Shown: piece by piece, positions 17,901-24,228 of the stretch
Layout of the letters: every line of letters begins with the position of its first letter
Position numbering within the stretch: position 1 is the first letter of the stretch
Source: Acidobacteriaceae bacterium
Lineage (GTDB): Bacteria > Acidobacteriota > Terriglobia > Terriglobales > Acidobacteriaceae
Assembly (NCBI GenBank): GCA_036267095.1
Contig: DATAWS010000024.1
Location: forward strand, 21,670-85,669
DNA: 64,000 nucleotides
Direction of reading: 5' to 3'
The notes under the pieces: model-generated
Database searches by the model: none
What the model saw: only the letters and a program-made list of their open reading frames with translations
What the model was told of the DNA's origin: nothing
Translations under genes and position numbers: made by a program

Positions 17901-18682
17901 ATGACGGAGTTTTCGACCTTCCAGAGGAAGATGCCGCCGCCGTCGTAGTAATTGGCGGTGACGTTCTGCTCGATGGTGTTGGTGAGGACGACGTTGTTGG
18001 AAACCTGCTGGGCTCCGGTTCCGAGACTGGCGCTGCTGATGAGCAGGATGGCGCTGCCGCTGAAGGTGCAGTAGTCGTTGGCGCCGGTGGTCTGGTTGAT
18101 TTCGTTGCCCTCGATGAGGGCGGCTCCGCCGGAGACCCATACGCCGTGGCAGGCATTGGCGGTGATGATGTTGTTGCTGATGGTGGGGGCGGCCGCGTTG
18201 ATATAGACGCCGCCGGCGCCGGCAACGCTGGGCTGAGGCTCGGCGCCTCCGTTGCGGATGGTGAATCCGCTGATGACGCTGGAGCGGAGCTCGCCGGAGT
18301 GGAAGGCGACCACGGGTCCGCTGGCGCCGCCGTCGATGATGGTGACGGCGGGTCCGCTGACGCTGGTGAGGGTGATGGCCTTGCCCTGGAAGTCGATGTG
18401 TTCGTGATAGGTGCCGGGGGAGACAAGAACGGTATCGCCATTCGCGGCGGCAGCGATGCCGCCCTGGATGGTGGGCTGGTCCGCGGGAACGTGAATCGTG
18501 GCCTGGCCGAGGGCGGGGAGGGTGATCGCCAGGGCGAGGAGGAGCGGCAAAGCCTGCCACAAAGACGAAAGCCGGGGGCTTCCTGGACGGAGCCAGAGGC
18601 GGAAGCGGTCCTTGAGGAATGAGGCCGTCACGCGACGTTCACTTTCGGTGCAAAGTTGGGAAATGCAAAGGCAAGGTACCAC
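14966..18682 (-). CDS. giant secreted protein: right-handed parallel beta-helix domain plus about 6 Ig-like (Big_3_5-type) repeats plus a C-terminal hydrophobic anchor region
   Basis: 1238 aa. Signal-like LWQALPLLLALAITLPALGQA. Beta-helix turns NNIITANACHG, NNVVLTNTIEQN, ESNIIRNNATTGQGGGI, AQNLITGNSAGYGAGGI, ending in MGAYEY. Six repeats follow the pattern G.VTF.DG...G...L...G.A.....L..G.H.I.A.Y.GD. An alternative GTG start exists at 18631. Confidence 0.8.
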   Translation of the reverse strand: MVPCLCISQLCTESERRVTASFLKDRFRLWLRPGSPRLSSLWQALPLLLALAITLPALGQATIHVPADQPTIQGGIAAAANGDTVLVSPGTYHEHIDFQGKAITLTSVSGPAVTIIDGGASGPVVAFHSGELRSSVISGFTIRNGGAEPQPSVAGAGGVYINAAAPTISNNIITANACHGVWVSGGAALIEGNEINQTTGANDYCTFSGSAILLISSASLGTGAQQVSNNVVLTNTIEQNVTANYYDGGGIFLWKVENSVIESNIIRNNATTGQGGGIVAYNSDAMLIAQNLITGNSAGYGAGGISLTIPDSSQGPFRGFIQDNTFSGNTISNPSPSGVPGSQVYIDGNLAQYEFTNNIVIGNSSWPAFMCGTTYDYLSLTPLVIDHNDIYNPSGPGYGGNCPDQTNTYGNIAADPLFNNAANGDYHLQASSAAIDTGNNSALQLIANDGFPLATDPDGKPRLQDATGKGYPIIDMGAYEYAGSQDAQATTVLLTPSAWSLDGGTNLILTAQLASAAGIPTGAVTFYEDGNQVGTGSIDGSGAASFTLTKIVPGPHAFVATYSGDGSFPPAVSVKIYVLVDKDSVTLTLASTPNPSLVNQTVTFTITSNSPDSTHPGPITLTDNGDPLTTLTPDPTTGSVTFATSALTVGSHVIVAAYAGDATHLPARQSLTQQVLSAYPTNTALNSSLNPALVKESVTFTATVTPGDPAYGTPTGSVAFSDNGATVTTVPLVSGIATWTTSTLTIGNHIITATYVPTTDYAVSSASITQVINGLPDTSQLGAAPNPALALAPVTLTAIVTAAGGSPTGSVNFLDGAQVIGTAPLNPAGVAVFQATFATSGVHTLTATYNGDATFATSTSAPFPETIQANASSSALNVAPSPSGVFQPVTFIAGVSSPTAANPNGGTVTFSVGGNPIGTATLQNGAATFTTSAIDAGTWSATATYNGTGAYSPSTSGPISFVVVPESTTTTLKATPNPAMVGTNVALSATVAAPLGTVTGTVTFMDGANLLATVPVGAGGVATLNTSSLTLGMHNISATYSGGTDFLTGAPAMVQVDIIGFLGDFSISATPASASVYTGEAATFTVTVTPNSGFDQTLALDALGSPSTAITKMSASSLANGTGTFTVTVQTAAPQTTASGIVPTSWPKSPWSLPLATGSLASLLLLTLPARFRRRNRWLALLAFCAVLIIPGCGAPAPVTGGTAPGTYNIQLSATASNNSLTLSHSVTVQLTVKSLFQ

Positions 18683-18814
18683 AGGGATGGGGGAGGTGTT
18701 ATCCCCAGAGCGTGGGATTAGTTACCAGCGAGCTATATGAGTTACGGTACCGGAGTCATGGGGATTTGGTTTGGGGAGTGATTCGATTCGGCGTTGCTGA
18801 AGAGCATGGAAGAT

Positions 18815-18975
18815 TGCAGGGGCTGAAGCCCGCTTCGTTTTGGGGTGGTCGCGGCGCGACTGGAAGTCGTGCCGCGATACAAAAGCAGCTGTGGCGAGGT
18901 TTGCCGCAAGCGGTGAAGCGGTGCCTTCAAAACGAGTATTTTTCCGCACGAGTGAACTCCAGCCGTGACACAGGA
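18815..18975. repeat. array of about 4 degenerate intergenic repeat units (same family as 6285-6545)
   Basis: The units are ctgaagcccgcttcgttttgg, ggaagtcgtgccgcgatacaaaagc, gtgaagcggtgccttcaaaacgag and gagtgaactccagccgtgacacagg. They share the pattern GAAG-N2-3-GTGCC-N-GA-N-ACA. Confidence 0.55.
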
Positions 18976-19044
18976 GAGGAGTCTGCGGAACCTAAGTCCC
19001 GGGAGGGAGGTATCTTTTCGCATCCCTGTACTGCGGAGAGAAGA

Positions 19045-19599
19045 ATGCCGCTAAGAACGGTCCCCCGTTCTGCCGCCTTTCTGGCTGCAGCCACGCTGTT
19101 GGCGGTGGGCAGTCCATGCCGTGCTCAGGACTCCGGATTTCAGCTGGACGTTCATGCCAATTCTCATGCGACGGCGCAGCAGATTGGACTGCCGGTCTAT
19201 CCCGGAGCAAGGATCTACCAGGACAAGGACGATTCGTCGGCGGATCTGGGCATGGTGTTGAACAGCTTTCATTTCAGGATTCAGGTGGTGAGCTATACGA
19301 CCAGCGACCGGGCGGATCGAGTTCTCGCCATTTGCCGGAAGCCGTTGTCGCATTACGGAGAGGTGCTGGAGTGCCGGAAGGGCAAACCGGCCGGGGCGTT
19401 GACCAGGACGCGCAGTGGGCTGACCTGCTCCGACAGACAGGGCGATCACCTGGATGGGAACGGCAGCCCGAACTCATCGTCGGACCACGAGCTGGGGGCT
19501 GGAGAGCCGAACCGGTTCCGGATGGTGGGAATCGACAGTTCTCAGGGGGGCAGCACCCGGTTTGGGCTGGTGTATCTGGAGCTGCCGAAGGAGCAGTAA
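19045..19599 (+). CDS. secreted hypothetical protein
   Basis: 184 aa from ATG 19045 (GGAGAG RBS). Signal peptide MPLRTVPRSAAFLAAATLLAVGSPCRAQ. No family recognised. The upstream part of the track ORF is translated repeat DNA. Confidence 0.55.
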   Translation: MPLRTVPRSAAFLAAATLLAVGSPCRAQDSGFQLDVHANSHATAQQIGLPVYPGARIYQDKDDSSADLGMVLNSFHFRIQVVSYTTSDRADRVLAICRKPLSHYGEVLECRKGKPAGALTRTRSGLTCSDRQGDHLDGNGSPNSSSDHELGAGEPNRFRMVGIDSSQGGSTRFGLVYLELPKEQ

Positions 19600-19621
19600 T
19601 CGGCAGCAAGCCGCTGTGGCG

Positions 19622-22081
19622 TCACTCGACCCGGAGCGCCTGCTGGGGATCGAGGCGGGAGGCGCGGGTGGCCGGCATCCAGACGGCCAGCAGGGCGACG
19701 GCGGCGAGGACGATGGGGACGGTCGCAAAGACCAGCGGGTCCCAGGATTTGACTCCGAAAAGGAAGCTCGAGATGAAGCGGGTGAGGCCGAAGGCCGCGC
19801 CGATGCCGATGACCAGGCCGGTGAGGGCCAGGCGCATGCCATGCCAGACGACGAGGGAGCGGATGCGGCTGCGATCGGCGCCCAGCGCCATGCGGATGCC
19901 CATCTCCTGGGTTCGCTGCTGGACCGAATAGGCCATGAGGCCATAGATACCGATGGCGGCAAGGACCAGGGCGGAGGCTCCGAAGATGCTGAGCAGGAGC
20001 ATGTTGAAGTCCTCGCTGGCGGTGGATTGCGTGACGACTTCCGTCATGGGGCGGACGCGGCCGACGGGGAAACCGCCGCTGGCCTGGCGGAGCTGCTCGG
20101 TGATGGCGGAGATGTACTGGTGGGGATCGCCGTGGGTGCGGACGATCCAGACCAGGGGGCCGATGTTGGAATTGAGAGCGGTCATGCCGTCGGTGACCTG
20201 GGCGACGGGAACGATCATGAGGGGGCGGGGGTCGCGGTTGAGGCCGCCGTCGCGGATATCGCCGACGACGCCGATGATCTGGCGGGGGCCCTCCGTGAAC
20301 TGAGGGCCGACGCCTTTGCCGATGAGAAGCTGCTGACCGACGGGATCGTTTTTGGGCCAGTACTTCTTCGCCATGGTCTGGTTAATGAGGACGACGAGGG
20401 GAGCAGAGCCGGTGTCCTGCTCGGTGAAATCGCGTCCGCGCAGGATGGGGATGTGGAAGACGGAGAAGTAGCCGGGTGAAGCGCTCATCCAGCCGGCGCC
20501 GCCGTTGTAAGGGGATTTGGGGGCGGGAGCGCGGCCGATGATATTGAAGGGCAGGCCATAGCCGCCCTCGAGGGGAAGACAGCAGGTGAACGCGGAGACT
20601 TCGACGCCGGGAATGGCGTTGAGGCGCTCGCGGCCGTCGTGGGAGACCTGAGCGACGCCGGCGGTCTTCCTGAACTGGTCGCCGGTGAGAGACATTTCGA
20701 GGGTAAGGATGTGGCGGGGATCGAAGCCGGGATTCACCTGGCGGAGAGCGAGGAAGGTGCGGATGAGAAGGGCGGCTCCGATGAGGAGGATGAGGGCGAG
20801 GGAGACTTCGCTGATCACGAGCAGGGAGCGGGCCTTGTTGTGGCGCAGGCCGGTGCCGGAGCGGTTGCTGCTTTCCTTGAGGGTGGAATTGAGATCGGTG
20901 TGGGAGACGCCGAGAGCGGGGAAGAGGCCGAAGAGGACGCCGGTAAGCAGAGAGACGCCGAGGGTGAAGGCGAGGACGCGCCAGTCGATGCCGATGGCGG
21001 CTCCGTGCTGGCCGATGCGGGGCAGGCCGGCGGGACTGACGGCGAGCAGGGCGCGCACGCCGGCGTAGCCCAGGATCAGACCGAGAACGCCGCCGGTGAC
21101 GGAGAGCACGATGCTTTCGGTCAGCAACTGGCGGATGACGCGGATGCGGGTGGCGCCCATGGCGGCGCGGATGGCGAACTCGCGTTTGCGGCCGGTGGCG
21201 CGGACGAGGAGGAGGTTGGCGACGTTGGCGCAGGCGATGAGGAGGACGAAGCCGACGGCTCCGAGGAGGACGAAGAGGGATTTGCGGGCGCCGGCGACGA
21301 TGGAGTCGCGGAGAGGCTGGACGCCGTAGCTGTCTTTGGGGCCGAGGTCGTCGGGATGGAGGCGGCGGTCGTGGTCGGCGGCCAGCTTGAGCTGGGCGTT
21401 GGCCTGGGCGACGGTGATGCCAGGCTTGAGCCGGCCGGCGACGAGAAAGTAGTGGCCGAGGTTGGTGCTTTCGGGATCGATCTGGAAGGGGACCCAGATG
21501 TCGGCGGCGGGATCGGTGACGAAGGATTTCCCGAGGACCCCGACGATGGTGGTGGGCTCGTTGCTGAGGGAGATGCTGGTGCCGATGATAGCGGGGTTGG
21601 CGCCGAACTTGCGCTGCCAGAAGCTGTAGCTGATGACAACGACGTGGCCGCCGTTGGGGGAATCTTCCTGCGGGGTGAAGGTGCGGCCGAGCTGGATGGG
21701 CGCGCCGAAGAGGCGGAAGTAAGCTTCGCTGACGTGGATGCCGTGGACCTGCTCGGGGACCGTGCCGGTGAGATTGAAGCCGGGGCCGCCGAAGTCGTAG
21801 GCGGCGACGTCCTGCAGGACGGAGGTCTGGGCGCGCCAGGTATTGAAGTTGACGGGGGAGGCGCCGGGGCCGTCGCCGTCGGGGAAGGTGTTCATGAACT
21901 GGACCATGCGGTCCGGTTCGGGGTAGGTGAGAGGCTTGAGCAGGATGTTATCGACGACGGTGAAGATGGCGGTGTTGGCTCCGATGCCGAGGGCGAGGGC
22001 GGCGATGGCGGTGAGGGAGAAAGCCGGATTGGCGATGAGCATGCGGAAGGCGTAGCGGAGGTCGGAGGCAAAGTCGCGCAT
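19622..22081 (-). CDS. ADOP family duplicated permease (third paralogue)
   Basis: 819 aa. MRDFASDLRYAFRMLIANPAFSLTAIAALALGIGANTAIFTVV. Two FtsX modules (..LIACANVANLLLVR.. and ..GIYGLMAYSVQQRTQEMGIRMALGA..). Confidence 0.9.
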   Translation of the reverse strand: MRDFASDLRYAFRMLIANPAFSLTAIAALALGIGANTAIFTVVDNILLKPLTYPEPDRMVQFMNTFPDGDGPGASPVNFNTWRAQTSVLQDVAAYDFGGPGFNLTGTVPEQVHGIHVSEAYFRLFGAPIQLGRTFTPQEDSPNGGHVVVISYSFWQRKFGANPAIIGTSISLSNEPTTIVGVLGKSFVTDPAADIWVPFQIDPESTNLGHYFLVAGRLKPGITVAQANAQLKLAADHDRRLHPDDLGPKDSYGVQPLRDSIVAGARKSLFVLLGAVGFVLLIACANVANLLLVRATGRKREFAIRAAMGATRIRVIRQLLTESIVLSVTGGVLGLILGYAGVRALLAVSPAGLPRIGQHGAAIGIDWRVLAFTLGVSLLTGVLFGLFPALGVSHTDLNSTLKESSNRSGTGLRHNKARSLLVISEVSLALILLIGAALLIRTFLALRQVNPGFDPRHILTLEMSLTGDQFRKTAGVAQVSHDGRERLNAIPGVEVSAFTCCLPLEGGYGLPFNIIGRAPAPKSPYNGGAGWMSASPGYFSVFHIPILRGRDFTEQDTGSAPLVVLINQTMAKKYWPKNDPVGQQLLIGKGVGPQFTEGPRQIIGVVGDIRDGGLNRDPRPLMIVPVAQVTDGMTALNSNIGPLVWIVRTHGDPHQYISAITEQLRQASGGFPVGRVRPMTEVVTQSTASEDFNMLLLSIFGASALVLAAIGIYGLMAYSVQQRTQEMGIRMALGADRSRIRSLVVWHGMRLALTGLVIGIGAAFGLTRFISSFLFGVKSWDPLVFATVPIVLAAVALLAVWMPATRASRLDPQQALRVE

Positions 22082-22204
22082 GGAGCCTGCTTTCGGAGCA
22101 ATTTCGAGCTGTGACTGAAGGATACGCAGGCGGACCGGGGGCGGTTCGGCTGAGTGTTACAGATTGTAGCAGTTAGACGGGATGTTGGTTTTCCGGGAAG
22201 AGAG

Positions 22205-22253
22205 TGGGGATAGGGGCAGGGGATAGGTGCAGGGTGTAGCGGGATTGTGCGGG
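22205..22253 (+). repeat. G-rich degenerate heptamer array
   Basis: tggggat aggggca ggggata ggtgca gggtgta gcgggat tgtgcggg. Lies between the stop of the Ntn-hydrolase-like gene and the start of ADOP-3. Confidence 0.7.
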
Positions 22254-22292
22254 TTCGCTGGAAGCACCCACCTTCAAGGCTCGGTAAGCGCT

Positions 22293-23144
22293 TTAGCCTG
22301 CGATGCCGGTTGGCATATGGATGGGGATGGGCTGGGGTCCGTTGGCGGGCTTTTCGAGATAGCTGAGGGAGGGAAAGAAGACCTGGGGGTTTTGCTCCAT
22401 GACATCGAAGTAGCCGCGGAGGAATTCTTCGGCGATGGTTTGGGGGTTCTGCTCCATTTCGGCAGAGAGGACCTGGCGGGCCATGTCGAGGAGGAGGATG
22501 TCGACTTTTTCGCCGAGGCTGGCGGCCTGCTGGAGTTCGCGGCGGTCGATGTAGGTGAAGGAGCCGCGGTTGGAGAGGACGATCATCTCGGTTTCGTCGC
22601 CGACAGACTGGGGCTCGTATTTGCGGGCGAGGTAGGTGAGGTAGGTAAGGCGCAGCACGGTAGAGCGGAGGCTGAAGCTCTGATTGGAGCGCGGGGTGAG
22701 CAGTTTGAGCCAGGGCGTGAGGGGGCGAGCGCCGGCACCGACGACAAAAGGTCCGCCGGTTTCAACGACGGTGGAGGGCGGCTCGCAGAGCAGGACGCGG
22801 CCGGAGTTTTCGTCGGTGGAGTTGCTGGCGACGAGGAACTGGAGGGAGGGAATCTGAGCCACTCCGTAGGAGCGGAACCAGTCGCCCATGACGCGCTTGA
22901 TGCCGGGGACGACGTCCTGACGGTGGGGAGCTCCGCAGGCGACGCTGGCTATTTCAGAGGCGAGCATGCGGCCGGCGCGGGGATCGGTGGCCGCATAGGT
23001 GATGGCGAACATGCGCTTGCCGGAGGTGACAGACAGGAGGGCAGCATCATTTTCACCGGCAGACGACGCATCGCTCGCCTCGATTCGGGAATCGGCGCAG
23101 AGGATGGATCCGCCTGGAAACGGAACCGCTAACCCCAGGGTCAT
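22293..23144 (-). CDS. proteasome beta-subunit/HslV-like Ntn-hydrolase fold protein with a C-terminal helical extension
   Basis: 283 aa. MTLGLAVPFPGGSILCADSR gives Thr1 after Met removal and Asp at position 17, as in HslV TTIVSVRRNGHVVIAGD. The later blocks LQFLVAS..GRVLLCEP..FVVGAGA parallel LLAVAD..IITG..IAIGSGG. Assigned from motifs only. Confidence 0.5.
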   Translation of the reverse strand: MTLGLAVPFPGGSILCADSRIEASDASSAGENDAALLSVTSGKRMFAITYAATDPRAGRMLASEIASVACGAPHRQDVVPGIKRVMGDWFRSYGVAQIPSLQFLVASNSTDENSGRVLLCEPPSTVVETGGPFVVGAGARPLTPWLKLLTPRSNQSFSLRSTVLRLTYLTYLARKYEPQSVGDETEMIVLSNRGSFTYIDRRELQQAASLGEKVDILLLDMARQVLSAEMEQNPQTIAEEFLRGYFDVMEQNPQVFFPSLSYLEKPANGPQPIPIHMPTGIAG

Positions 23145-23449
23145 TCAGGCCGGCCTTTCGCAACCGGTGGGACGTCGAGCAAAACAGGCCGCTTCGAAAC
23201 GGTCTCCTTTGGATGGGCTGGCTCTCGTGGGAGCGCAACCGGGATGGCGAGCCGAATCAGAAACATTTCCGAGGTGCTGCATTTCTGACACAGCCGCTGG
23301 TTTCATTCGATACGGGGTAGCCGGAGGGGGTCAATGAAATAGTGGGTAGTTTTTCCACGGAGAATCAATGGTTTCAACAGGCGGCCGGGAATGAGGAGCT
23401 GGGCGGGAAGGCAAGAAGGCCGGTTTCGCGGGGGGCCGAAAGCGAGGTT

Positions 23450-23490
23450 TGTATACAGCGTATACATCGGTGTGGTATACACCGTATACA
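23450..23490 (+). promoter_or_regulatory. tandem 17-bp palindromic operators (four GTATAC cores) for the TetR regulator
   Basis: O1 is TGTATAC-AGC-GTATACA (23450-23466). O2 is GGTATAC-ACC-GTATACA (23474-23490). O2 ends on the A of the tetR ATG. GTATAC cores start at 23451, 23460, 23475 and 23484. Confidence 0.7.
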
Positions 23491-24071
23491 TGAGGCGAGG
23501 TTCGACAGCGGAGAAGATCGCGGGGGCGGCGAGCCGGGTACTGGATCGCGAAGGGCCGGAGGCCGTGACCATGCGGCGCGTGGCGCAGGCGGTGGGGATT
23601 ACACCGATGGCGCTGTACCGGCATTTTGCCGATCGGGACGGGCTGCTGAACGCGCTGGCGGATGCCGGGTTCGGTGAGCTGGCGGAGCGGGTGGAAGGGG
23701 TGGCGGTGGCCGCCGATCCGGAGGCGCGACTGACGGCGATTTTGGATATGTTCCTGGATTTCGCTCTGGCGCGGCCGCGGCTCTTCGAGCTGATGTTCCT
23801 GCGGCGGCGGGAGGGAGCGCGGCAGTTTCCGGGGGATTTTCGGACGGGGCGCTCACCGACGGCGAAGTTTGCGGCGGCGGCCCTCGAAGAGGGCATGAAG
23901 CAAGGCGTGTTTCGCGAGGATGACGTTTGGGAGATCACGTTTGAAACCGGCGCGCTGCTGCAGGGGCTGGTGATGCTGTACGTGGGCGGGCGCGTGGGGA
24001 TGCCGGAAGATGAATTTCGAGCTCTGTGTCACAGGTCGTTTCGGAGGTATTTCGATGGAATTCGGCGGTAA
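23490..24071 (+). CDS. TetR/AcrR family transcriptional regulator
   Basis: 193 aa from ATG 23490. AEKIAGAASRVLDREGPEAVTMRRVAQAVGITPMALYRHFADRDGLL is the TetR HTH signature. Confidence 0.9.
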   Translation: MRRGSTAEKIAGAASRVLDREGPEAVTMRRVAQAVGITPMALYRHFADRDGLLNALADAGFGELAERVEGVAVAADPEARLTAILDMFLDFALARPRLFELMFLRRREGARQFPGDFRTGRSPTAKFAAAALEEGMKQGVFREDDVWEITFETGALLQGLVMLYVGGRVGMPEDEFRALCHRSFRRYFDGIRR

Positions 24072-24081
24072 ATTGCGGGGC

Positions 24082-24216
24082 ATGATGGCCGCGCTGCTGG
24101 CGGTGGCGGCAACCGCGGTACTGGTGTATTGCGGGAACGGACTGGAGCCGCACTGGCCGCTGCTGTGGTTCGCGCCGGTGCCGGTGCTGGTCTACGCCTT
24201 GCGCGGCCGGGCATGA
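24082..24216 (+). other. N-terminal fragment of the downstream Lnt-like gene, cut off by an in-frame TGA (24214-24216)
   Basis: Same reading frame as 24229-25491. Encodes MMAALLAVAATAVLVYCGNGLEPHWPLLWFAPVPVLVYALRGRA*, which resembles the first TM helices of Lnt-type acyltransferases. Only 4 codons separate the TGA from the downstream GTG. Confidence 0.45.
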
Positions 24217-24228
24217 CAGGCAGGGACG

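Noticed and set aside
22214-22221. GGGCAGGG matches the E. coli KOPS (FtsK-orienting) consensus GGGNAGGG. The plus-strand bias of the G-rich arrays hinted at a polar chromosomal motif.
   Set aside because: There is only one exact octamer match. The other units have 2-3 nt between the G tracts, C-rich inverted copies also exist (38839-38861), and KOPS identity in this phylum is unknown. This cannot be supported from one window.
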